DNA of 64,000 bases. It comes from Zygnema circumcarinatum SAG 698-1b. Taxonomy: Eukaryota > Plantae > Zygnematophyceae. Shown piece by piece: positions 30,046 through 40,828 of the stretch (position 1 is the stretch's first letter; each line of letters opens with the position of its first letter). The stretch is from contig CM074816.1 of assembly GCA_037447605.1 (NCBI GenBank), positions 186,001-250,000 of the forward strand, in the 5' to 3' direction. The position numbers and the translations under genes are program-made. The notes below the pieces were generated by a model. That model saw only the letters and a program-made list of their open reading frames with translations. It was not told the DNA's origin and did no database searches.

Positions 30046-33000
30046 ATGCGGCCACGGCCCGCCCTCACCCTCCTGCGGGGCGCTCTCCGCGCCAGCCACT
30101 CTCCATGCGCCACGTGGCGCCCTGAGGCTGCAGCAGCGCCAGGCAGGGGCCCCCAAATTAGGGCTGCAGGGAGTGACGTAACGGAAACGCCTGCCGCGGC
30201 CACGTGGCAGCACCTTGGGCAGCCAGCTGTCCCCGCCAGCAGCCACGTCAGCATCCATACATGGGCGTCCTACGGTGCAAACGCCCAAAGATGGAGCGAG
30301 CAAGGCGGTACGGATGCCCCTCCTCCAGCTAAAATGTGACAAGTGGCAGGCCTTGCTGCTGCTCTGGGACTGAGTGGATTTGTGGTGCCACGTGTCGCCT
30401 TGGGATTGGATGGGCGTTGGGCAGGAGGCCACGTCAGAGGGATGCCGATGTCGGTGGATGTGAAGGGTGCTAAAAAAATTAGTTCGGATTCCGTTGAAGT
30501 CAGCGACGAGAAGGAGGATGTGAAGTGAGTGGAATTTAAGCGAAAGATCAATTCGAATGATCAAATTAGGGGGGTGCACTTCAATAATCTGAGCTGAATT
30601 TAAGATGAGTAGGGTGAGAGTGGCGAGGAATTAAGACTTCAGAGTGCCAATTTGAGGAACACTTACCGCTATTTGGGGGGGAGGGGTCAGAGCAAAAGCT
30701 CAGAAATTAGGGTTTCTTTCTGCACATAAATTAGGGCTAGGAACAGGGTGATGGAAAGTCTCTATTTTTTTCTTCCACTTTTATTTTGGACTGGAAATGC
30801 AGGACTTTTTTTTGACAGTATTTTGCCGCTGACCTTCTGAGCGAACCCTAATTTCACAATCTTGAGTAGCAGGCTAAGCTTTGCTATGAATGAAAGCCCT
30901 TTCATTTCATATGCTCTATTTCTTCAGCAGCCTTATGTGGGTTTTTCGGGTATTTAGGGATTCTAGGGTTCGTAGGCTTTTATGGTTTTGGACTTTTTTG
31001 GGAGTTTTTCAGTTGAATAGTTATTAGAGTACTGAACACTTTTTAAGTTTATTTTTAAACCGCTCCCAATTTTTAGGGCTTTTGGAAGTTTCAATTACGT
31101 AGATACCCTCGTATTTATCCTTCGGCTATTATATCTTTCTTATTCTAGCTAACCCTAATTGTTACCTTCTCTTTCTCTCTCTCGCTCTCTCTCTCTCTCT
31201 CCCCACCCCCTCCCCCCCCCATGGTGTTCACTAACTTCCCCCCTCCCCCTCCCTCTCCCCTCTCTCTCTGCTTCTCCTCTCTCTCGCTCTCCCTCTCTCT
31301 CTCCCTCCCTCTTTCCCTCTCCCTCTCTCTCCCTCTCTCTCGCTCTCTCCCTCCCTCCCTCTCTCCCTCTCCCTCTCTCTCTCCCTCTCTCGCTCTCCCT
31401 CCTCTGTCCCTCCCTCTGTCTCTCCCACTCCCTTTCTCTCCCTCTCCCTCTCCCATTCCCTCACTCTCTCTCTCTCGCTCTCCCTTTCGCACTGTCTCTC
31501 TCCCCCTCTCCTTCTCTCTCCCTCCCTCTCTCTCTCCCCCCCTCCCTCCCTCTCCCTCTCCCTCTCCCTCTCCCCCCTCCTCCCCCCCCTCCCCCTCCTC
31601 CTCCTCCCCAGAGTGGTGTCCAAGGCCGCCCTGGGCGAGCGCGTGGCAGCGCGCATGGGCCGGCGGGCGGGCGAGGGCGCTCTGTGGGTGAACGCGGTGC
31701 TGCTCGAACTCGCGGAGGCGCTCAAAAGGGGGGAGAGGGTCAAGCTCGTCGGCTTCGGCGCCTTCCAAAAGAAGCAGGTCCGCCCCGCCTTCAACCAACC
31801 CCCCGAACCCTAAACCCTAACTCCTAAACTCTAAACTCTAACCCCTAACCCCTAACCCCTAAACCCGAAACCCTAAACACGAAACCCTAAACCTGGAACC
31901 CTAATCCCCTTAACCCTAAACCCTGAATACTGAACCCTCACCCCTAAACCCTAACCCCTGACCCCTCAACCCTCAACCCTAACCCCTAAACCCTAAACCC
32001 TAACCCTTAAACCTCGACTCCTGAACCCTCCAAGTCGTGCCACGGCGGGCGCAGCGCACGTTCCGGCTGCCGCCCCTTCTGAAGGACGGCAAGGTCGTCC
32101 CATCGGCGCCCTCCGCCCCCTCGCATACGACAAAAGCGCGGCCGATCTTCAGCGCCGGCGCGTCCCTTGTCGCGTTCCTCAACGACCCCGCCGCCAAGCG
32201 TGAGCGAACCCTCCCTGCGACCAAGGGGAGGGGGGGGGGGGAGGGCTGAGGGTCCAGGGTTTAGGGTTTAGGGTTCGGGGATAAAGGGTTTAGGGTTCAG
32301 GGTTTAAGGGTTCGGGGGCTCGGGGTTTAAGGGTTTAGGGTTCGGGGTTTAAGGGGTTAGGGTTCGGTGTTTAAGGGTTTAGGGTTCGGGGTTTAAGGGG
32401 TTAGGGTTCGGGGTTTTAGGGTTTAGGGTTCGGGGTTTAAGGGTTTAGGGTTCGGGGATTAAGGGTTTAGGGTTCGGGGTTTAAGGGTTTAGGGTTCGGG
32501 GTTTAAGAGTACAGGGTTTAGGGTTTAGGGTTTAGGGTTTACGGTTTAGGGTTTGAATCAGGGCTGAAGCGATCCTAAGGTTCAGGATCATCTTGGTCTT
32601 GTGAGGGTTTAAGGATTTATGATGAGTGAAAAATAGGGTTCTGGATTTGGAATGAGAAAATAGAGCAGGGTTTAGGGATTAGGGTTACGATCTGAGGGGG
32701 AAAGTTACGATTCGTGGGATGGTTTTTCGTGTTTGTCGAATTATTCGTATTATCAAAGTAATAAATACTATCTCTCCCCCTCTCTCTCTCTCCCCCTCTC
32801 TCCCTCTCCCTCTCTCCCCCTCTCTTTCTCTCTCTCCCTCTCTCTCTCTCTTTCTCTCCCTCTCCATATTTGTTAACAGGTGTACCAGTGTTAAGCAACT
32901 TTTGTTGTTGTTGTTGTTGTTGTTGTTNNNNNNNNNNGAGGGCGCTCTGTGGGTGAACGCGGTGCTGCTCGAACTCGCGGAGGCGCTCAAAAGGGGGGAG

Positions 33001-34229
33001 AGGGTCAAGCTCGTCGGCTTCGGCGCCTTCCAAAAGAAGCAGGTCCGCCCCGCCTTCAACCAACCCCCCGAACCCTAAACCCTAACTCCTAAACTCTAAA
33101 CTCTAACCCCTAACCCCTAACCCCTAAACCCGAAACCCTAAACACGAAACCCTAAACCTGGAACCCTAATCCCCTTAACCCTAAACCCTGAATACTGAAC
33201 CCTCACCCCTAAACCCTAACCCCTGACCCCTCAACCCTCAACCCTAACCCCTAAACCCTAAACCCTAACCCTTAAACCTCGACTCCTGAACCCTCCAAGT
33301 CGTGCCACGGCGGGCGCAGCGCACGTTCCGGCTGCCGCCCCTTCTGAAGGACGGCAAGGTCGTCCCATCGGCGCCCTCCGCCCCCTCGCATACGACAAAA
33401 GCGCGGCCGATCTTCAGCGCCGGCGCGTCCCTTGTCGCGTTCCTCAACGACCCCGCCGCCAAGCGTGAGCGAACCCTCCCTGCGACCAAGGGGAGGGGGG
33501 GGGGGGAGGGCTGAGGGTCCAGGGTTTAGGGTTTAGGGTTCGGGGNNNNNNNNNNGGGGGGGGGGGGAGGGCTGAGGGTCCAGGGTTTAGGGTTTAGGGT
33601 TCGGGGATAAAGGGTTTAGGGTTCAGGGTTTAAGGGTTCGGGGGCTCGGGGTTTAAGGGTTTAGGGTTCGGGGTTTAAGGGGTTAGGGTTCGGTGTTTAA
33701 GGGTTTAGGGTTCGGGGTTTAAGGGGTTAGGGTTCGGGGTTTTAGGGTTTAGGGTTCGGGGTTTAAGGGTTTAGGGTTCGGGGATTAAGGGTTTAGGGTT
33801 CGGGGTTTAAGGGTTTAGGGTTCGGGGTTTAAGAGTACAGGGTTTAGGGTTTAGGGTTTAGGGTTTACGGTTTAGGGTTTGAATCAGGGCTGAAGCGATC
33901 CTAAGGTTCAGGATCATCTTGGTCTTGTGAGGGTTTAAGGATTTATGATGAGTGAAAAATAGGGTTCTGGATTTGGAATGAGAAAATAGAGCAGGGTTTA
34001 GGGATTAGGGTTACGATCTGAGGGGGAAAGTTACGATTCGTGGGATGGTTTTTCGTGTTTGTCGAATTATTCGTATTATCAAAGTAATAAATACTATCTC
34101 TCCCCCTCTCTCTCTCTCTCCCCCTCTCTCCCTCTCCCTCTCTCCCCCTCTCTTTCTCTCTCTCCCTCTCTCTCTCTCTTTCTCTCCCTCTCCATATTTG
34201 TTAACAGGTGTACCAGTGTTAAGCAACTT

Positions 34230-34262
<33 letters not shown>

Positions 34263-34419
34263 TTTTTTCTAACTTCATTTTGCGTGAGTGTGTGCAGCCG
34301 TGGCCCCCTCCCCCTCAAAGCCGAAGGCAGAGAACGAGAAGGAGGTGGTGGCGGTGGGGGAAATGGAGCCCAAACCGACCAAATCTGCGGCTAAGTCAAA
34401 GAAAGTCAAGACAGCCTGA
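30046..34419 (+). CDS. HU/IHF-like bacterial histone-like DNA-binding protein with N-terminal extension and Lys-rich tail. Exons ~30046-30524 (5' structure uncertain, in-frame TGA 30337-30339), 31612-31777, ~32055-32199, 34298-34419
   Basis: VVSKAALGERVAARMG...VNAVLLELAEALKRGERVKLVGFGAFQKK...RPIFSAGASLVAFLN follows the HU fold consensus (helices, GFGxF, terminal helix). The exon 3 acceptor is uncertain. Confidence 0.85.
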
Positions 34420-35935
34420 GGGAGAGGACGATCTTAAGAGAGGGGGGGAGAGAAATGGAGAGGGGGGGAGGCAAGAGAGAGAGAGAGGGGGGGGGGAGAG
34501 GGAGAGAGGGAGAGATAGAGGGAGGGAGAGGGGTTTGTGATCCATGGCTTTAAAGTGAACCTACAAAGATGGGATGATCGTGAAAAGCAAACTAAAAAGG
34601 GAAAGCGTGTCATCGAGCCTGTTTTAAGTAGCGGAACAGAACGGAACTGGAACTGAGCAGATAGCACGGACCGGGCGCATGTAAAGGCAGGCGATAAGGA
34701 GCTGTGAGGTTTCTCAAGCAGGAAGGCTATGGTCGACATAGAACGGCAGTTCTGTGAAACGGATTCACATGTACTTTCTGCATACAGAGGGTCAACGTCG
34801 GCTGAATGTCACCCGTGTGCCGTTAAAAGGAAAACCGAAAGGAAAAGAAAGAAGGATTAAGAAGATACCATGGAAATGGAAAATCTTTACAGCTGTAATC
34901 CGAAGCATCACGCAATTGTACCCCAAAAGGGCGGTGAAAATGAAAGATGTTTTTTCAGGGTTATGTATGCTTTGTGATTGAGGCTGGCCTTTTTCCTGGA
35001 CTGAAATTCTTGCTTATGTTTTTGCAATTGTTGATTTCAAGCTATCGAATGAGGGTTTGGATGATCTGGGAACACTTGCACACACACACGCATACATACA
35101 TGCATGCGGATGGGGACAAACGCGTGGCAGCTTGTGCTGGCTTATGATAGCAGTTTTGCAGTTTAGCAGTTACCGCTTGTAATCATTACACAGGGAGAAT
35201 TGTTTACCCGCCACGAATGCTCCTTGTGAGGGGCCGAACAGTGTTCCATAGGCATACCACTTAAATAAAAATAAAGAAAATGGAGCGGGGGAGGGGGATA
35301 GGGGGAAGGGGTTGATGTACGGAGGTGGGAAGTGGGGAAGTGGGCGAATGGCGAGTGGCGAGTGGGGGGAGGGAGAGGGGAAGCGGGGAAGTGAGGGGAG
35401 GGGGANNNNNNNNNNGGGTTCGGGGTTTAAGGGGTTAGGGTTCGGGGTTTTAGGGTTTAGGGTTCGGGGTTTAAGGGTTTAGGGTTCGGGGATTAAGGGT
35501 TTAGGGTTCGGGGTTTAAGGGTTTAGGGTTCGGGGTTTAAGAGTACAGGGTTTAGGGTTTAGGGTTTAGGGTTTACGGTTTAGGGTTTGAATCAGGGCTG
35601 AAGCGATCCTAAGGTTCAGGATCATCTTGGTCTTGTGAGGGTTTAAGGATTTATGATGAGTGAAAAATAGGGTTCTGGATTTGGAATGAGAAAATAGAGC
35701 AGGGTTTAGGGATTAGGGTTACGATCTGAGGGGGAAAGTTACGATTCGTGGGATGGTTTTTCGTGTTTGTCGAATTATTCGTATTATCAAAGTAATAAAT
35801 ACTATCTCTCCCCCTCTCTCTCTCTCCCCCTCTCTCCCTCTCCCTCTCTCCCCCTCTCTTTCTCTCTCTCCCTCTCTCTCTCTCTTTCTCTCCCTCTCCA
35901 TATTTGTTAACAGGTGTACCAGTGTTAAGCAACTT

Positions 35936-35968
<33 letters not shown>

Positions 35969-37105
35969 TTTTTTCTAACTTCATTTTGCGTGAGTGTGTG
36001 CAGCCGTGGCCCCCTCCCCCTCAAAGCCGAAGGCAGAGAACGAGAAGGAGGTGGTGGCGGTGGGGGAAATGGAGCCCAAACCGACCAAATCTGCGGCTAA
36101 GTCAAAGAAAGTCAAGACAGCCTGAGGGAGAGGACGATCTTAAGAGAGGGGGGGAGAGAAATGGAGAGGGGGGAGGCAAGAGAGAGAGAGAGGGGGGGGG
36201 GAGAGGGAGAGAGGGAGAGATAGAGGGAGGGAGAGGGGTTTGTGATCCATGGCTTTAAAGTGAACCTACAAAGATGGGATGATCGTGAAAAGCAAACTAA
36301 AAAGGGAAAGCGTGTCATCGAGCCTGTTTTAAGTAGCGGAACAGAACGGAACTGGAACTGAGCAGATAGCACGGACCGGGCGCATGTAAAGGCAGGCGAT
36401 AAGGAGCTGTGAGGTTTCTCAAGCAGGAAGGCTATGGTCGACATAGAACGGCAGTTCTGTGAAACGGATTCACATGTACTTTCTGCATACAGAGGGTCAA
36501 CGTCGGCTGAATGTCACCCGTGTGCCGTTAAAAGGAAAACCGAAAGGAAAAGAAAGAAGGATTAAGAAGATACCATGGAAATGGAAAATCTTTACAGCTG
36601 TAATCCGAAGCATCACGCAATTGTACCCCAAAAGGGCGGTGAAAATGAAAGATGTTTTTTCAGGGTTATGTATGCTTTGTGATTGAGGCTGGCCTTTTTC
36701 CTGGACTGAAATTCTTGCTTATGTTTTTGCAATTGTTGATTTCAAGCTATCGAATGAGGGTTTGGATGATCTGGGAACACTTGCACACACACACGCATAC
36801 ATACATGCATGCGGATGGGGACAAACGCGTGGCAGCTTGTGCTGGCTTATGATAGCAGTTTTGCAGTTTAGCAGTTACCGCTTGTAATCATTACACAGGG
36901 AGAATTGTTTACCCGCCACGAATGCTCCTTGTGAGGGGCCGAACAGTGTTCCATAGGCATACCACTTAAATAAAAATAAAGAAAATGGAGCGGGGGAGGG
37001 GGATAGGGGGAAGGGGTTGATGTACGGAGGTGGGAAGTGGGGAAGTGGGCGAATGGCGAGTGGCGAGTGGGGGGAGGGAGAGGGGAAGCGGGGAAGTGAG
37101 GGGAG
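32938..37105. other. Redundant near-identical blocks, probably an assembly artefact: 32938-33545 = 31673-32280; 33556-34260 = 32228-32927; 35416-37105 = 33708-35405
   Basis: Every junction coincides with a 10-N gap (32928, 33546, 35406); visible differences are only homopolymer/dinucleotide lengths. Confidence 0.85.
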
Positions 37106-39028
37106 GGGGAAGAGGGAGGGGGGAGGAGGGGAGGGGGAGGGGTAGGAGAGAGAGGGAGTAACTAACTTCATAAAACTTACGAACCTGCAAACTACTATAG
37201 TTGATCTCCTCGCATGGCATACTACACCTGCAAGCGAGCTTTTTCGCTGTTTTTTGGTTTTCACTGAGCAATTTCATGTCTCACTCTTCCCTCTTCTATT
37301 CTCTTCTCGTGTTTCCTCTTCCCAATGCTTCAAACCCTCTCGCGCGCCCCTCCCATCTCCGTCTTTCTCGTTCTCCTCCAATCCGCTCCCTCTCTTCTTC
37401 CGCCTCTCCTGTTGCCCCTTCCCTCCTGCCCCTGCTCTCCTCTTTCCTCCTCCTCGTATCCCCTTCCTGTCATTCTGCTCGTCGGCTTCCGCATCCTCCA
37501 TCTGTCCCTCTCTCTCATTCTCTCGCTCACTCCCTAGCAATATCTTCCGAATACTTAAGTCTCCGTCTCGCTCTATACCATCGCTAACTGTCCCCTCTAA
37601 TTTCTCACCCGTTCTCCTGCCTGCCAAATTACACGTTCTGAACTACTGTTCTCCGTTGTCTTCCTGCTGTTCCGTGCTCCTATTTCCGTCAATTCTCTCT
37701 GCTCTCTTCCTACCATCCATTTCCCTTGTGTACTTTTTCGAGGAAAGGTGAAGGGAAGGGAGACAATTCCATAGAGAGAGAGAGGAGCAAGGGGAAGGAG
37801 GGGGGAAAGACTGCTGCCACTAGTTTCTCACTTATTGGAAGAGTGGAACTGAGAGAGAGAGAGAGCCCTTCTTTCTGCCCTTCACCCTCGCTTTTACGCC
37901 TACTCTACTTGCATCTACCACCCCTCTCCTTTCTTCCTTCCACTCTCCTTCCCTCCTTTCTCTACTTTCCCTCCACACTCTCTCTCTCTGGGATCCTCTC
38001 TCCAACCCTCCAGTAAACCCAATCCTCTATCCACCCCTCTCTACCATCTCTTCTCCCCACTCTACCCATTCTTCCCCTTCCCATTCCCACTTTACTCGCT
38101 CCCTCTCAAACCACTTCTCACTGTCCCCCTCTTCCCCCCCTCGCCCTCTCCCTCTCTCTCTCTCTCTCTACGCTCACACACCCTGTATTCAACCCAATTC
38201 GCAAAAACCAAGTTCCAGAAACCAGCAAATCGACATTTGAAAAAAAACATCTGAGTCATTTTATTCAATGCTTGGCTTCTGCCACGTGGCACAAAGGGAG
38301 CAGCAGGCTGCTGCATCCTCCTAAATTCCACTGATTCCATTATTGGGGGCACCTTCCCAGAAGCTTCTTCTCCTGGAAACTTTCCGGCACCTTGCTATCT
38401 ACTAATCTTCTGACCTTTCCTACTTTCTGCATTGAACTTAAAATTCAACTAGAATAGTAAATACATAAAACCTCAACCCCCCAAACAAACAGACTGATTT
38501 TCGTGCAAAACCCTAAACCCCAAAGGACCTCGCCCTTGGGAAGGACAGCAAATTACATCTAGGTTTACTCTGCCTAGTCAAGAAATGGGGTTTCCTCCTA
38601 AGCAAAAAATGGGCCTATTTTCTGCTCCCCTTCCATTAATTCTCTCTCTCTGTCCCTTCTCCCTCTCCCCCGTGGCTTTGCTGTACACGTGCTTCAAACA
38701 TACCCCCCAAAAGAAATTCCGCTCGGCCATTTAAAGCGCTAAATGGCGTATAGGCATCGCTTAAAATTGGGGTATAAATCCTCTTTTCTATGTGGCAAAT
38801 CCGCTGAAATTACCGTATCGCACACTTGTACAGGTGGCGCACAGACAACATGTTAGTTGTAGCTGACCTTATTTTCCTCCTCCTCCTCCTATTTCGCACC
38901 TTCCCAGAAACGTCCTCCTGTCTGGACCACCCATCTCTTAAACCATCATCCTTCTCTCAAACCTTTCCACTTTACTCTCCCCCCCCCCTTGCCTCGTTCC
39001 ATGCTCAAACCCTGCCTCAGTTTCAGTT

Positions 39029-40828
39029 TCAGTAAACCCACTCGGACGGCAAATTCGGATACTTCTCCGAGCAATCCTCGTCCTCAGTTGACGTCTCCTC
39101 CACAGTTGATGACGTCACCTCCACAACCGGTGCTGGCATTGCTGCTGACATCATCATCTTCCTTCCAGCATCATTTGGCACGGGGGGGAAGCCTACCGGA
39201 AAGTTCCGGCCCTGCAGGTGCCCCCCTGCATTGGGCGGCATAAACCCTGGCCCCATAAACCCTCGCTGAGGCAGCATGTGGGGGAAGCTTCCTGGAAGCA
39301 CCATCCTTCCTGCGACCATGACCGTCGGAACCATGACGAAGTGCCCCGGAGCCATGGCGCATGGCACCATGGGACCCATGCGGGGGACCATGGGAGGCAT
39401 GGGAGAGGGAGAGGGAGAGGGAGCGGGAGGGGCTGCGGACTCGGGAACGGGAGAAGGAGAGGGAGCGGTAGAGGGAGAGGAAGCGGGAGAGGAAGAGGGA
39501 GAGGGAGAGGGAGAGGGAGAGGAGGCGGCGAGGTTGCGAGGGAGGAAGACTCCGGTCCCGCTGCTTGCATCCTTGGAGCTCCCGTTTGTTGGAGCCACTG
39601 TTTTGTCGGGACATGCTGAGGTCCGGAAGGGGCGGGTTCCGGTGGGGTCCACCATGGCAGCGGTGGGCCCCACCATTCCGTACGGAAGGAAGCCGCGGGA
39701 GCGCATCATCATGACGGCCCAGGGCGGGGCGAATCCGGGGAAGGGCGCGCCCCGCCATTCTGGGCGGCGGGGGAGCATGTGGGGGCGGGAGAAGGGGGGG
39801 GGGACAGGTGGCGCATTCTGAGTGGTCGGAGCTGCGGGAGCGGGCGGAGAGGCGGTGGGAGGGGTGGTGATGGTAACGGGAGTGGGAGGGGGAGGGGGAA
39901 GGGAAGGGAGAGGGGTGGGGGCAGCTGTGGGGATAGGGGTAGTGGTAGGAGTAGGGGAAGGCTTGGGGGGGGAGCGGGAGGGAGAGGGATAGGAGGAGGA
40001 AGAGAGAGTGGGGGCAGGGGTGGAAGAGAAGGCGGAGGCAGGAGGGGGGTTGTTCCAGGGTTTCCGGGGAGAGGCTGAAGATGGAGGGAGGGCTGCTGAG
40101 GGGCTAGGTTTCTTGGGGACGGGAGGGGCCTGGGAGGCGCCACGTGGCACCAGTACCTGACGTGGCGGAGCAGCGGTAGTGATACTGGCAGGAATGGGAG
40201 CAGCTGCTCCCGCAGTGAGCCCCAAAATGCCCATCCATTCTGGTGCCGGAGCCTCCTTCTCTGCGAATCTGATCTGTCGAGAAGCTTCCGGAAGCTTCTT
40301 CTCCTTCACCTTCTCCCTCTCCCTCTCCCTCTCTTTCACCTTCCCTGTTCCCTTAGCTTCCGTGAGCTTCTGCACCTCTCCCGCCGCCGCGAAGAGGAGA
40401 TCCCAGGCGTCATTGCGGAGGACGGAGGTGGGAGAGCCCTCCTGCGAGCTCCCCGACTCGCTACCCTGCGAGAGAGAGGAGGGAGAGGAAGGAGGAGGAG
40501 CCTCCCGCGTGCGAACGCTCTTCAAAATGTCGGCACTGGAGGGGGAGTCCTCCACCTTGGCCTCTAGGTCAAGGTCAAGGTCGTCGCTGCCGGAGTCAAC
40601 GCCGTCATCATTGCCGTCGTCAAGGATGCAGGAGCGCGCCATCCATTCTGCGATTTCCGCACCTGCGTCGGAGGAGGAATCCTCCGCTCCCTCCGCGGAG
40701 AGAGAGGGGTCCTCCAGGAGGGAGAGGGCCTCAGGGGGGACGGTCCAGCAGGAGGCCCGCCATGGCTTCAAGCTTGCCATGGGGGAGAGGGGGTGAGACT
40801 CCTTGTTCAATGCCAGAGCTGTAGCCAT
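39029..40828 (-). CDS. Second intronless GTGVFLPR-motif ('TIP41-like') protein, up to 599 aa, Pro-rich
   Basis: Motifs AWDLLFAAAGEVQKL, GTGVFLPR and terminal LPSEWVY*. The start could be a downstream Met (MASLKPW). Confidence 0.85.
   Translation of the reverse strand: MATALALNKESHPLSPMASLKPWRASCWTVPPEALSLLEDPSLSAEGAEDSSSDAGAEIAEWMARSCILDDGNDDGVDSGSDDLDLDLEAKVEDSPSSADILKSVRTREAPPPSSPSSLSQGSESGSSQEGSPTSVLRNDAWDLLFAAAGEVQKLTEAKGTGKVKEREREREKVKEKKLPEASRQIRFAEKEAPAPEWMGILGLTAGAAAPIPASITTAAPPRQVLVPRGASQAPPVPKKPSPSAALPPSSASPRKPWNNPPPASAFSSTPAPTLSSSSYPSPSRSPPKPSPTPTTTPIPTAAPTPLPSLPPPPPTPVTITTPPTASPPAPAAPTTQNAPPVPPPFSRPHMLPRRPEWRGAPFPGFAPPWAVMMMRSRGFLPYGMVGPTAAMVDPTGTRPFRTSACPDKTVAPTNGSSKDASSGTGVFLPRNLAASSPSPSPSPSSSPASSPSTAPSPSPVPESAAPPAPSPSPSPMPPMVPRMGPMVPCAMAPGHFVMVPTVMVAGRMVLPGSFPHMLPQRGFMGPGFMPPNAGGHLQGRNFPVGFPPVPNDAGRKMMMSAAMPAPVVEVTSSTVEETSTEDEDCSEKYPNLPSEWVY

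Noticed and set aside
34545-35150. Short ORFs downstream of HU
   Set aside because: No homology recognised; the position fits a 3' UTR.
36875-38400. Possible additional minus-strand gene (candidate exons ~37620-37285, 37228-37188, 36963-36875)
   Set aside because: Splice-like sites exist but the joins are ambiguous, give no recognisable protein, and partly lie in the duplicated block.
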